NCBI GenBank assembly: GCA_964552475.1
Contig: CAZKFZ010000006.1
Span: 27 to 64,026 of the forward strand
Source: an uncultured Candidatus Saccharibacteria bacterium
GTDB lineage: Bacteria; Patescibacteriota; Saccharimonadia; CAILAD01; BJGX01
Length of the DNA stretch: 64,000 nucleotides
Direction of reading: 5' to 3'
Part shown: positions 7,677 through 17,867 of the stretch, one piece after another
How the letters are laid out: each line of letters begins with the position of its first letter
Numbering within the stretch: the first letter of the stretch is position 1
The notes under the pieces: generated by a model
Databases searched by the model: none
Told to the model about the DNA's origin: nothing
Seen by the model: only the letters and a program-made list of their open reading frames with translations
Translations under genes and position numbers: made by a program

Positions 7677-8198
7677 ATGCTAACACTACGTGATTTGCTG
7701 CCAACTGCAGCCGAAAACGCACTAGTTGTGGTTGAGTGTGAGTTGCAGCAAGACACCACCCCTGAGGCGCTTAAGGGTATGGTGTCGGCGCTAACTCTGG
7801 CTAAAACCTTTGCTTATAGATGGGGTCAAAGTAGCGATACTTTATCGCCAGACACCACTATGAAGCTAGTACTACTTCTTGGTCAGTACGTGAAGCCTGG
7901 TCTCAATGACCGAGGCTGGCGCACCACGCCAGCTAGCTTTGCCGATATGACACAAGCTGTGCAAGCTAGCTCGCTAGAAAATGCCATGCAACAATGGTGC
8001 TTCTTGTTTGCTAGCAAGCTCTGGGATACTGCCGACGAAGCCTACTACGCCTTTGAGCGGATTCATCCGTTTAGAGACGGTAATGGCCGTGTTGGCTGGC
8101 TTCTGTGGCTTATCTATACCTACCTGACTACTGGTGAGTGGCTACAGGAACTCCCCCCGGAGTTTACTGAGCTTAAAACTCGCTTTGGTCACAACTAA
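7677..8198 (+). CDS. Fic-family protein
   Basis: HPFRDGNGRVGW motif; ATG two bases after the upstream TAA. Confidence 0.85.
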   Translation: MLTLRDLLPTAAENALVVVECELQQDTTPEALKGMVSALTLAKTFAYRWGQSSDTLSPDTTMKLVLLLGQYVKPGLNDRGWRTTPASFADMTQAVQASSLENAMQQWCFLFASKLWDTADEAYYAFERIHPFRDGNGRVGWLLWLIYTYLTTGEWLQELPPEFTELKTRFGHN

Positions 8199-8200
8199 AC

Positions 8201-8232
8201 AACCCCACCTTCAAAACACTGAAGGTGGGGTT
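8201..8232. terminator. terminator between convergent genes
   Basis: AACCCCACCTTCA-AAACAC-TGAAGGTGGGGTT followed by a T-run. Confidence 0.75.
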
Positions 8233-8245
8233 TTACTTTTGTATA

Positions 8246-9700
8246 TTATCGCTCCTGGGCAATAATTTGTTTTGCTATTTCAATTGCTTTGTCGCGGTCA
8301 TCAATAGTCAGTTCGCCGTTGGCGAACATTTCTTCTAGGTGATTTTTTACAATACCTATTAGCTTACCATCGGCCTTGGTAAAATTTGGTATAAGACCCA
8401 TTATTACCCTACCATCTATACCAAGGTCTCTCACTATACTAGGCTTTTGCACCTCTGCAGGCTCGGATTGGTGTTTTTGCCAAAGCTCAACAATAGCATC
8501 AAAGGCTGGTTTTTTGTGGCCAGTAGAGCCGTCTGGCAATGTTGAGTGGCTAGCCATTCCATCGGCCTCATGTAGCCTTACCAAGTCACCAAAAGCTGGG
8601 TGATTCATCATTTTCTTCTGATTAGCAGGGCGCATTTCTGGTAGTTGTTTTATATCTATGTGGTGGTCTATTAGCCACAATATATTCTCTTTTTGAGCAT
8701 TAGAGAATTTAAGTTTATTTAAGATTGGCCTAGCTAGCTCGGCGCTTGTTTGGGCATGACCATAAAATTTAAAATAATTTGGATCTTCGGTGGCTTCTTG
8801 AGTGTGTGGTTTGCCAATATCATGCAATAGCGTTGCCCACAAAAGCTCTTCACTAGCATCTGGCGGCAGAGCCTCCATTATAAGAAGTTGGTGTGTCCAG
8901 ACGTCACCTTCTGCATGAAATTTTGAGCCTTGCTCTACATCTTTTCCAGCGGTAAGCTCTGGTATATAAAAATCTAAAATACCTAGCTCGTCTAAATCTT
9001 CTAAGGCCTCTCGACGAGATAATGCCGTTTTGAAAATTGCTGTGAGCTCAGCTCTCATTCTTTCACCCGATATATCACCTATAGCACCCTCTTTTACAGC
9101 GTCTTTGAGCGCACGGTGCGTGCTTGGCTCGTAGCTAAACCCAAAGCGGTTTTTAAACCGAACTGCTCGCAAAATTCGTAATGGATCTTCTTGTATTCGT
9201 TCAGATGGGTCACCTACAAAACGAATAAGTTTATTATCTAAGTCACTAAGACTTTCACCTACGTAAAGTAGTTGATGAGTTACCGGATCAAGCGCCATAT
9301 TGTTGATCGTGAAATCACGCCTTTCTAGATCGTCCTCTAAAGAAACGTTGTCGGTATAAACCTGGGTAGCTTGACGACCCAAATGCGCATCTACATCTTT
9401 TCTATAGGTAGCTATTTCTAGCTCTACTCCATTCATTATTACCCTAGTAACCACATAGGCCTGCGAAGTGTCTGGAGTTTTAGATTTTTCAAATAGCTTC
9501 TCTATTTGTTCTGGTTTGGCATTGGTGGCAAGATCGTTATCTTTTGGCTCTAAACCAAGTAAAAGATCACGCACCGCACCGCCAACAATGACGGCTTCAA
9601 ATCCTTGGGATTGGAGTTTTTCATAAGCCAAAACTGCCTGATGCCACTCTGGGTGCATTTCGTCCCTAGTTTCGGCTGGATTGTATGGCATTGTCTCCAT
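8246..9700 (-). CDS. cca: CCA tRNA nucleotidyltransferase/poly(A) polymerase family protein with HD domain
   Basis: VGGAVRD..D.DLAT, RRDFTIN, EDPLRILRAVRF, H.EGDVWTH, LLHDIGKP. Confidence 0.88.
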   Translation of the reverse strand: METMPYNPAETRDEMHPEWHQAVLAYEKLQSQGFEAVIVGGAVRDLLLGLEPKDNDLATNAKPEQIEKLFEKSKTPDTSQAYVVTRVIMNGVELEIATYRKDVDAHLGRQATQVYTDNVSLEDDLERRDFTINNMALDPVTHQLLYVGESLSDLDNKLIRFVGDPSERIQEDPLRILRAVRFKNRFGFSYEPSTHRALKDAVKEGAIGDISGERMRAELTAIFKTALSRREALEDLDELGILDFYIPELTAGKDVEQGSKFHAEGDVWTHQLLIMEALPPDASEELLWATLLHDIGKPHTQEATEDPNYFKFYGHAQTSAELARPILNKLKFSNAQKENILWLIDHHIDIKQLPEMRPANQKKMMNHPAFGDLVRLHEADGMASHSTLPDGSTGHKKPAFDAIVELWQKHQSEPAEVQKPSIVRDLGIDGRVIMGLIPNFTKADGKLIGIVKNHLEEMFANGELTIDDRDKAIEIAKQIIAQER

Positions 9701-9824
9701 TAGTAATTATTATACAAGAAATACTGCTTGGGTGGTTTTTTAACATAGTAAGTTAATATTGACTATTTGGTGTATTTATGCTAATATCTAAGCTGTTAAT
9801 AGCACCTACTACTAGGAGTTAAGG

Positions 9825-10364
9825 GTGTCGGTAATGACAAAAAACGATCTTGTATCGGTTCATTTGAGGTTCCGCACCTCGAGGGTGCCAGAAGGTCTAC
9901 CCGAGGCAGAGCCAGAAGATTTAGAAATTATGTTCAAAACTGCCACCGCTGTTCGTGGTGAAGAACTCTGGATGTCTGAAGGACTGGTAGATCTTGAAGA
10001 TCTATACTCCCAGATGAAAGCGGCTGGCTACCAGCTAGTGGCGGGTTATGCTCGCGAGCGCTACAACTCCTTCGGGGGTGTTAGACGTAGTTATGTTCTA
10101 CACTTCCACTTTGTTAGAGTTGAAGAAGCGAAGATTCCTGACAATCTTGAAGATCTGGAAAGTGCTTTGCATCAGCTCGTACAAAGGGCATATTGGAGAA
10201 CTCAGGTTTTTCGTAATCCTGGGGAGAATGGCACTTGGCTCAGCTTTGCCTGCACTAGTCGCGAGCAGCGTTTCGCCATGGAAGATCCGGCAAAGCCACG
10301 AGAAATTACTGCAAATGCAGTAGTTCACTTTAATGGTGGAGATCCTGTCCTAAAGTACAACTAA
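9825..10364 (+). CDS. hypothetical protein
   Basis: 179-aa ORF with own promoter, SD AGGAG and terminator. Confidence 0.7.
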   Translation: MSVMTKNDLVSVHLRFRTSRVPEGLPEAEPEDLEIMFKTATAVRGEELWMSEGLVDLEDLYSQMKAAGYQLVAGYARERYNSFGGVRRSYVLHFHFVRVEEAKIPDNLEDLESALHQLVQRAYWRTQVFRNPGENGTWLSFACTSREQRFAMEDPAKPREITANAVVHFNGGDPVLKYN

Positions 10365-10374
10365 CCCCACAACA

Positions 10375-10414
10375 CGCCCCGACGTCTTCCCTTACTAGGG
10401 TAGATGTCGGGGCG
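10375..10414. terminator. GC-rich hairpin terminator
   Basis: CGCCCCGACGTCT...AGATGTCGGGGCG followed by a T-run. Confidence 0.7.
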
Positions 10415-10428
10415 GTTTTTATTTACAT

Positions 10429-13359
10429 CTAATCTAGATCTCCCCAACTTTGTCCAGTTTTAATACCTACCTCAATAGGTACTTCAAATTTGTGCACACC
10501 AATCATTTCACGCTCCATTATTTTGGCAACCTTTTGTGTTAAGTCGCTTTTGCATTCAACAATAACTTCGTCGTGAATTTGCAATATTAGATTGGCCCCT
10601 AAGGGTAGTTTTTTGTGTATTCTTACCATTGCGAGCTTCATCATGTCGGCAGCCGTACCTTGCAAGGGCATGTTTACCGCTGCTCTCTCGGCGGCTGAGC
10701 GTACAATAAAATTACTCGAGCGAACATCTGGGCAAGGCCGACGACGTCCAAATATGGTTTCAGTATAACCTTTATCGTGCGCCATTTTCTTAATACTAGC
10801 AATGTAGTCGGCTACACCCTTGCGTAACTCGAAATATCTATCTATAAAATCTTTGGCCTGCTCGTAGCTAAAACCGGTAGCTACTGCTAGGCCATGTGTG
10901 TTCATACCGTATAGCACTCCAAAATTTATAGCCTTTGCCGCATAGCGTTGCTCTGGGGTTACATCTTTTGGTTTAATATTAAACATCTCTGCACTAGTAA
11001 GAGTATGGATATCGGTTCCTTCTTTGAAGGCTTTTATCATTGGTTTATCTTTAGCTAATGCTGCAGCAAGCCGCAACTCTATCTGACTATAATCAGCTGA
11101 AACAAAAGTATTACCTGGCTGCACCACAAAAGCTTTTCTGATACGTTTACCCTCTACTGTTCTTACGGGTATATTTTGCAAGTTGGGATTAGTACTGTTT
11201 AATCGTCCAGTTTGAGCGATAGTTTGGTTGTAGCTAGTATGAATCTTGTTATCATGGTCTACGTAACCTGGTAAAGCATCTACATAGGTGCTCATTAGTT
11301 TGGTAAGTTCTCTATACTCAAATAGCTCGTCTATTATTGGGTGTTTGCCTTTGAGCTTCTCGAGTTCGCCAGCCGCAGTGCTTACTCCGGTTTTTATTTT
11401 TTTGAGACCCGTAGTGTCGATTTTGAGATCATCAAACAAAACTACTTTGAGTTGTTGTGTAGAACTAATGTTAAATTCGCGGCCAGCGTGCTTGAAAATA
11501 GCTGATTTTATTCTGCTAAGCTTTGCGTTAAATTCTTTAGCCAAACCTTCAAGATATTTTTTATCTAGAGTAACACCCGTTAGCTCCATGTCCCCCAATA
11601 CCTCAATAAGTGGCCACTCTAGTTGCTCAGCCATTACGGCGAGTTTTTTTGTACCAGTAGGTTCAGTTTTGAGTAAGTGAGATAATTTTTTGTACAAACG
11701 CCAAGCGATATCGGCATCTTCGGCAGCATATTGAGTGGCGGTGGCTACCTCTACTTGGTTAAAAGTAGCTTGGGTTTTGCCTTTTTTGCCTATCAGCTCT
11801 TCAATGTCTATCATAGAAATACCTAGCTCAGAGTATGCTAGCTCTGAGAGGCTTTGTGCTCTACCTATAGGGTTAATTAAAAACGCCGCTATCATAGTGT
11901 CGAAAACAATATTTTGTAGTTTAATACCGTTGCCCGCGAAAACTTCGTAGTCATACTTAAGGTTGTGGCCAATTTTACCAATCTTGGTGCTTTCTAATAT
12001 TGGTCTTAGTTGTCCTAGAACATTTTTTTTATCTAACTGTCCATTGGCTAGTTTAAGATCTTCATATTCATTATCTTTCAATAGATCTAGCTGGCCATTC
12101 TGCGAATTAAGCTCAGAAGCTATTCTAGGATGAGCCGAGGATCGCGAAGGAGACGTAGATTTGCTACGTTGACTGCGACCCACAGGTTTAGACAACGAAG
12201 AGCCCTGAGATTCATTTGTAGATATGGTGTGACCAACCGGAATATAGTAGGCTTCGCCTTCTTTGAAACATATAGAGATACCTACTAAGTGGGCCGATAT
12301 AGCATCGGTACTGGTAGTCTCAGTATCTATCGAGATGACTTTTTGTTTTTTGAGGTTAATCACTAAATCTGTTAGAGATTTTTCGGTATTTACTGTATGG
12401 TATTTAACTTTTCTAAGATGATCTCGAGATTTGTTTGAGCTATTTATCTCTTCAACAGCTTCTTTGGTATTTAATTGCTGCTCTTCGGTGAAAGACTGGT
12501 TGGGTAATTTAGAAAGCAGGCTTTTAAACTCAAGTTTGTGAAATAGGTCGAATACCTTTTTTCTGTTATATTCGTGTAGTGCAGCATCTTTGAGATCAAA
12601 CTTAAACTCTACATCACGCTTAATAGTTGATAAGTCTAAGCTCAAATAAGCATTTTCTTTACCAGCCTCAAGTTTTTTTGCCAGTGCAGGTTTTATTTTG
12701 TCTAAGTTTTTATAAATGTTATCGAGGGTCTTGTAGGTAGCCACAAGCTCAGTAGCACCTTTGTCGCCAATTCCAGCCACGCCCGGAATATTATCGCTAG
12801 AATCGCCTTTTAAAGCTTTATATACAATAAACTCCTGTGGGGTGACCCCGTAGCGCTCTTGTACTGCAGGGGGGTCGTACATAAAAGTGTCTGTAAAACC
12901 TTTGCGCATGGTATAGACACTCACACTATCGCTCACTAGCTGCAACTCATCTAGATCGCCCGTTACTACCACTAAATCGTGCGATTTTTCGTAGTTTTTG
13001 GTGAGTGTACCAATAATGTCATCGGCCTCGTAACCTGCCGACTCAATGAGTGGGATATTAAAGGCACCAACTACATCTTTGGTAAGAGGCATCTGGGCAT
13101 ACAGCTCGTCTGGCGCTTTTACTCGCGTGGCCTTGTAGTTAGTAAACTGATCGTGTCGAAAGGTCTTACCTGGTGCATCCCAGGCCACAATAGCATAGTC
13201 TGGTTTTATCTCACGCAGAGCAAGCAACATCATCATAGTAAATCCATATACCGCGTTGGTAGGCGTGCCATCTTTGGTGGTGAGGTGCGGTATAGCATGA
13301 AATCCTCTGTGCACCAAGGCATGGCCATCAAAAACGACAATTTTTTTACGGTTTTTCAT
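10429..13359 (-). CDS. polA: DNA polymerase I
   Basis: 5'-3' exonuclease (GYEADD), 3'-5' exonuclease (DTET) and polymerase motifs ADYSQIELR, KAINFGVLYG, QIHDE. Confidence 0.98.
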   Translation of the reverse strand: MKNRKKIVVFDGHALVHRGFHAIPHLTTKDGTPTNAVYGFTMMMLLALREIKPDYAIVAWDAPGKTFRHDQFTNYKATRVKAPDELYAQMPLTKDVVGAFNIPLIESAGYEADDIIGTLTKNYEKSHDLVVVTGDLDELQLVSDSVSVYTMRKGFTDTFMYDPPAVQERYGVTPQEFIVYKALKGDSSDNIPGVAGIGDKGATELVATYKTLDNIYKNLDKIKPALAKKLEAGKENAYLSLDLSTIKRDVEFKFDLKDAALHEYNRKKVFDLFHKLEFKSLLSKLPNQSFTEEQQLNTKEAVEEINSSNKSRDHLRKVKYHTVNTEKSLTDLVINLKKQKVISIDTETTSTDAISAHLVGISICFKEGEAYYIPVGHTISTNESQGSSLSKPVGRSQRSKSTSPSRSSAHPRIASELNSQNGQLDLLKDNEYEDLKLANGQLDKKNVLGQLRPILESTKIGKIGHNLKYDYEVFAGNGIKLQNIVFDTMIAAFLINPIGRAQSLSELAYSELGISMIDIEELIGKKGKTQATFNQVEVATATQYAAEDADIAWRLYKKLSHLLKTEPTGTKKLAVMAEQLEWPLIEVLGDMELTGVTLDKKYLEGLAKEFNAKLSRIKSAIFKHAGREFNISSTQQLKVVLFDDLKIDTTGLKKIKTGVSTAAGELEKLKGKHPIIDELFEYRELTKLMSTYVDALPGYVDHDNKIHTSYNQTIAQTGRLNSTNPNLQNIPVRTVEGKRIRKAFVVQPGNTFVSADYSQIELRLAAALAKDKPMIKAFKEGTDIHTLTSAEMFNIKPKDVTPEQRYAAKAINFGVLYGMNTHGLAVATGFSYEQAKDFIDRYFELRKGVADYIASIKKMAHDKGYTETIFGRRRPCPDVRSSNFIVRSAAERAAVNMPLQGTAADMMKLAMVRIHKKLPLGANLILQIHDEVIVECKSDLTQKVAKIMEREMIGVHKFEVPIEVGIKTGQSWGDLD
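12104..12213. repeat. palindromic in-frame insertion within polA
   Basis: Imperfect terminal IR (GAAT..CTCAG / CTGAG.ATTC) and central ACGTAG-ATTTG-CTACGT hairpin; encodes a Ser/Arg-rich segment not typical of Pol I. Confidence 0.5.
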
Positions 13360-13407
13360 ATGGTTATTATTATAGCATCAAGAGGCGTTATATGATTAAA
13401 TAACAAT

Positions 13408-13779
13408 ATGCCAGAGCCAACAGCACCAGACCCCGCCCGAGGTGTGCCACCTCACCCACCAAGCGAGTACCGAGTAGACGAAGAGACACGTCAAGATATT
13501 GGCTATGTAGAACCAAATGCAGAAACAGACGCCAAACTGGCAAAAATTCGCGACCAAGAAGAAGCCAAACGAAAAGGTAGAGCTTTAAGAAATCCAGATG
13601 CCAAAGCTGCTCAGCAAGAAATAAATAAAGCTGGCGCACAAGCTGCCTGGCTCAACACGCCAGATGGCATGACATTTACCAATTTAAAAGCTAAACAAGA
13701 AGTTGGCATTGCACTTACTAGCGACGAAACTGCCACCCTAGCCCGTATTATCGCAAGGCGCGAAAATCGTCACAGCTAA
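13408..13779 (+). CDS. hypothetical protein
   Basis: 123-aa ORF filling the gap between polA and rpoD. Confidence 0.6.
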   Translation: MPEPTAPDPARGVPPHPPSEYRVDEETRQDIGYVEPNAETDAKLAKIRDQEEAKRKGRALRNPDAKAAQQEINKAGAQAAWLNTPDGMTFTNLKAKQEVGIALTSDETATLARIIARRENRHS

Positions 13780-13816
13780 TAACTACTCTTAAGTAAATAC
13801 TTAGGAGTTTTTTATT

Positions 13817-14923
13817 TTAGGCAATGTAATCTTTTAGTCGCTTAGAATCTTTGTGTTTGCGTAGCTTTGTGAGTGCTTTGGCTTCTATCTGGCGAATACG
13901 TTCACGAGTAACGCCAAATTCTTGACCTACTTCTTCTAAAGTATGACTACGTCCGTCTTCTAAACCAAATCGCATGCGTAATATTTTTTGCTCTCGAGGT
14001 GTAAGCATGTCTAGAGTGTCATCAATATGTTCTTTTAGGAGTTCAAAAGTTGCAGCCTCGTGCGGACTGACAGTATCTTGATCTTCTATAAAATCACCAA
14101 GGCTAGAGTCTTCATCCTCGCCAACAGTAGCATCTAGGCTGGTGGTATCTTGGCTAATCTTAAAGATATGGTTTACTTTATCTACATCTATTTCTAGCTC
14201 TTTTGCAAGCTCCTCTGGCAAAGGCTCACGCCCCAACTCTGTAGTTAACCGACGTTGTGTACGAACAAGTTTATTGATCGTTTCTACCATATGTACCGGT
14301 ATACGAATTACTCTGGCTTGATCGGCAATCGCTCGGGTGATAGCTTGTCTTATCCACCATGTTGCGTAAGTACTAAACTTAAACCCTCTAGTATAATCAA
14401 ACTTTTCAACCGCTCTAAGTAGTCCAGTATTACCCTCTTCTATAAGATCGAGTAGATCTAGACCACGGCCAATATATTTTTTAGCAATACTAACTACCAA
14501 TCTTAGGTTGGCTTCAGCCAAGGCATCTTTGGCAGCCTTGTCACCTTTTTCAATACGTTTCGCTAACGATACTTCATCTTCTGCAGTTATCAGTGGAATT
14601 TTCCCAATTTCGCGCAAATATAAACGAACTGAGTCGTCTGCTATGTCTTTAATGTAGTCATCACTAGTAGCATTTTCTATATCCTCTTCTGGCTCAGTTT
14701 GCCAGATCATTTTGTCTTTTTGATCAACAACTTCTACACCCTGCTCTATGAGTGCGGAGTATAAATCATCTAATCCTTCAATATTATTTTCGGCATCTGG
14801 AATATCTGAAAGAATTTCTTGTTGGGTGACAAAACCTTTCTGTCGACCTTTGGCAACCAATTTATCAATGGCTTTATGAAGAACATCGTCTTCACTAGAT
14901 ACTGGGTCTTGTTTTTTGGGCAT
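13817..14923 (-). CDS. rpoD: primary sigma factor
   Basis: [55 protein letters not shown]. Confidence 0.98.
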   Translation of the reverse strand: MPKKQDPVSSEDDVLHKAIDKLVAKGRQKGFVTQQEILSDIPDAENNIEGLDDLYSALIEQGVEVVDQKDKMIWQTEPEEDIENATSDDYIKDIADDSVRLYLREIGKIPLITAEDEVSLAKRIEKGDKAAKDALAEANLRLVVSIAKKYIGRGLDLLDLIEEGNTGLLRAVEKFDYTRGFKFSTYATWWIRQAITRAIADQARVIRIPVHMVETINKLVRTQRRLTTELGREPLPEELAKELEIDVDKVNHIFKISQDTTSLDATVGEDEDSSLGDFIEDQDTVSPHEAATFELLKEHIDDTLDMLTPREQKILRMRFGLEDGRSHTLEEVGQEFGVTRERIRQIEAKALTKLRKHKDSKRLKDYIA

Positions 14924-14928
14924 AAAAT

Positions 14929-16692
14929 TTACTCCTCGTTTAATAAGGCTTGATATTTTTGTAGTAGTTTATTTACTTCTATAGTATTTTTCTCTGATTC
15001 GGCTCGTGAAATGTCGCGAGTAAGTTGGCGTTTGGTTTTTTCGCGAGCAATTTTATTGAGACGGTGTATTTGGGTAAAGGCTTCGAGCCGTGCGTCATGT
15101 TCTGACAATGCAGAATACATGTGTTCTCCACGTAATGAGAGTATCTTAACATAATCAGAATATTTAGGCAATAGTTTGGCCAAGCGAATGGAATTAGCTT
15201 TGGGATTAGCTTTGAGTGCCAAGATAATTGGTTTATGTAAATCTGATAAATTTTGCGTTTCAATATCATAGAGCCCGTCGCGTGCCGACATATTGGAAAG
15301 CATTAACTCAAGTATAATTCTCTCTATCTTCTCGCTACGTGTTAGCTGACGTTTGGGTTTATTTAACTGTTTTTCACTATCTTGTTCGTTAGACTTTACC
15401 ACCGTAACCGGCTTGTGATCTAAACCGGTTGCTAGTTTTTTTCTAATACTTAGTTCTTCTACATCTAAAAGTTGGGCAATTTGCTTGGTATAGTGATCTT
15501 TTTCAATTTCGTCTGTCAATACCGCTATGGTTGGTAAAACAAAACCAGCAAATAGTTTTTTGCCATGAGCAGTTTTGATATCAAATTGTTTTTTGGCGAC
15601 CGAAAAAATATAATCTGGTGCATACTCAGCCAACTCTACTGCCCTTGCCCATGCTTGTGGATCTTTAGTAATAAGCTCGTCAGGATCTTTTGCGCCAGAG
15701 TAACTAATAACCATTATTTTTACATCTAGTGTGCTAGCCAACTCCAGAGTTCGCTTGGTAGCCTTTAAACCAGCTGAATCTTGGTCGAAACATAGTTTTA
15801 TATTTTTGGTAAGTCTTGCGATTATTCTAAGTTGCTCTAAAGTAAGTGCTGTTCCACTTGCCGCTATTACATTTTCAACTCCGTTATTTGCCAAAGCAAG
15901 AACATCCATATTGCCCTCTACTAGAATCACTTCGTTAAGATTTCGAATAGCTTCTTTTGCTTGAGTGAGCCCATAAATAACCTGACCTTTGTGATAGACT
16001 AGTGTTTCTGGAGTATTTATGTATTTAGCGCTATCTGTTTGGTGTTTGAGCACCCTAGCCGAAAAGCCCACTACTCTACCTTGGGTGTCAAAAACCGGAA
16101 ACATCAAACGACCACGAAATATGTCGTAAATAGTATTGTTTCCGGTTTTTTGCTTGGCCAAACCAGTATCTTGCAACTCTTTTTGAGTAAAGCCTTTAGA
16201 CAATAGGTATTTACATAAGGTCTCCCAGTCGTCAGGACTATAGCCTAGGCGAAATTTCTTGATAATATTTGAACTTAGATGACGATCTTTAATAAAGTAG
16301 TCTAGCGCTAACGGCGACCTAGACAACGTGAGGTGGTAATATTTCATGGCTTGCTCTAGTGCGTCGTAGAGACGACTCTTCGATTGGCTTTGTGCTTGAT
16401 GTTTAGCACTACGTGGTTTGAGTTCTACACCCGCCTTTTTGGCCAGAAGCTCAAGGGCTTCTCTAAACTCAATACCCTCAATGAGCATAACAAAAGTAAA
16501 TACATCGCCGCCTTGTCCGGTGCTAAAATCATGCCAAATACCCTTTTCAGAGCTAACCATAAAGCTAGGAGTCTTCTCGGTCTTAAATGGGCTCAAACCT
16601 TTAAAATTACTGCCGGCCTGTTTAAGAGGTACGTAGCTACCTATGACGTCGACTATGTCGAGCCTATTTTTTATCTCTTCTACATCATTCAT
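14929..16692 (-). CDS. dnaG: DNA primase
   Basis: [11 protein letters not shown] zinc-knuckle-like region, [27 protein letters not shown]; start reassigned to ATG 16692. Confidence 0.96.
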   Translation of the reverse strand: MNDVEEIKNRLDIVDVIGSYVPLKQAGSNFKGLSPFKTEKTPSFMVSSEKGIWHDFSTGQGGDVFTFVMLIEGIEFREALELLAKKAGVELKPRSAKHQAQSQSKSRLYDALEQAMKYYHLTLSRSPLALDYFIKDRHLSSNIIKKFRLGYSPDDWETLCKYLLSKGFTQKELQDTGLAKQKTGNNTIYDIFRGRLMFPVFDTQGRVVGFSARVLKHQTDSAKYINTPETLVYHKGQVIYGLTQAKEAIRNLNEVILVEGNMDVLALANNGVENVIAASGTALTLEQLRIIARLTKNIKLCFDQDSAGLKATKRTLELASTLDVKIMVISYSGAKDPDELITKDPQAWARAVELAEYAPDYIFSVAKKQFDIKTAHGKKLFAGFVLPTIAVLTDEIEKDHYTKQIAQLLDVEELSIRKKLATGLDHKPVTVVKSNEQDSEKQLNKPKRQLTRSEKIERIILELMLSNMSARDGLYDIETQNLSDLHKPIILALKANPKANSIRLAKLLPKYSDYVKILSLRGEHMYSALSEHDARLEAFTQIHRLNKIAREKTKRQLTRDISRAESEKNTIEVNKLLQKYQALLNEE

Positions 16693-16791
16693 ATATCTAA
16701 TAGTATAGCGTTTTTTCACACTAAAGAGTAAAAAACTCGCATATCGCTAGGATATACGAGTTGTTTTTAGTTCGATTTTGAACTATTAAAT

Positions 16792-17163
16792 CTACGTTCT
16801 AGTTGCAAAGACTACGCCTGAAGGATCGCGATAAGGGGCGGTTTTTTTGGTGCAAACCTTAGGCCTTAGTTCTAAAAAATCTGGTCGATTTCTAAGATAT
16901 GCCTTAACGGCAGCTACGCCCTTGCGCTTACACTTATTACGATCTTTGGTTTGGCCGAGTCCCATAATCGAATTGAAGGCAATTGTGTCTAGAGTACTAG
17001 TACACGACTTTAAGTACATGGACTCGTCGCCCAACTTGAGCTGAGTAAGTGCTAGTTGCATCGCATCGTTGGCAATTCTTATTACTTCATTGCGTGTTAC
17101 GAAGGTTGCCCTATTGTCATAGTCAACTTGCACATCTATTCCCTTCAACGAGGTTAGGTACAA
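16792..17163 (-). CDS. hypothetical protein
   Basis: 123-aa ORF followed by a hairpin at about 16733-16765; no recognised motif. Confidence 0.45.
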   Translation of the reverse strand: MYLTSLKGIDVQVDYDNRATFVTRNEVIRIANDAMQLALTQLKLGDESMYLKSCTSTLDTIAFNSIMGLGQTKDRNKCKRKGVAAVKAYLRNRPDFLELRPKVCTKKTAPYRDPSGVVFATRT

Positions 17164-17215
17164 TAAAGTTTATTTATACAAAACAATACAATAAAAATCA
17201 ATGATATTTTGTTAT

Positions 17216-17779
17216 TTAATTGAGTCGCTTAATTATGGATAATAGCTCTGGTAACTGAGGTGTCTGTTTGTTAAGAAAATGACCGTAACCGCTAAGACGT
17301 ATTTTCTCACCTCCAATCTGGTCTGCAAGTTCTATACTCTTAATAGGTTTTACAAGTTTGTCGTCATCTGAGTAGATATTGAATATTTTCTGTGCTCGCA
17401 TTGCTACTTTTTCTATATTCAATATCGGTGGAAAAAATTTTTCTGCATCTCTTCTACCTGGCTGCAAAAAACCCGAAACCAAAATAAGAGCCTTTGCTTG
17501 TTCGGGTTCAGGCCCTTTATATTTAGCTAAATACCTTAGCAGTATATTAGTTCCTAATGAGTGCCCTATAAGGATAGGGTTGTCCCCTAATGTGCCAATA
17601 GCTTCTGTGGCAGTTTCTACCCAACTTTCAATATCTGGGATAGTCGGCGCTGGCATTTGAGGGGCAATAAAACAGTAGCCCATACGTTAGGCTTGTTGAG
17701 ATAACCAACCCATCCAGCCGTAGTTTGGGTGATCGGCCCAGCCGTGTATTAGAACTATTCTATTACTCTTTTTATTCAT
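17216..17779 (-). pseudogene. RBBP9/YdeN-family alpha/beta hydrolase interrupted by an in-frame TAA
   Basis: Upstream frame reads MNKKSNRIVLIHGWADHPNYGWMGWLSQQA*RMGY, then GHSLG, SDDD, GHF; TAA at 17687-17689. Confidence 0.75.
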
Positions 17780-17867
17780 CTGAGACATTATAGCACTATT
17801 TAATTACGCTATATCTTAATATTGTTATGTTTTTGAAAATAGTTAGGATTGTATATAGTATACCTAT

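Noticed and set aside
6181-10420. Integron cassette array
   Set aside because: The hairpins are simple terminators without GTTRRRY attC ends, there is no integrase, and the genes carry their own promoters.
12050-12230. Intein in PolA
   Set aside because: The insert is only about 55 aa and lacks C/S...HN-C/S/T splice motifs.
17687-17689. Stop-codon reassignment
   Set aside because: TAA, TAG and TGA all terminate conserved genes normally in this window; this is a single isolated case.
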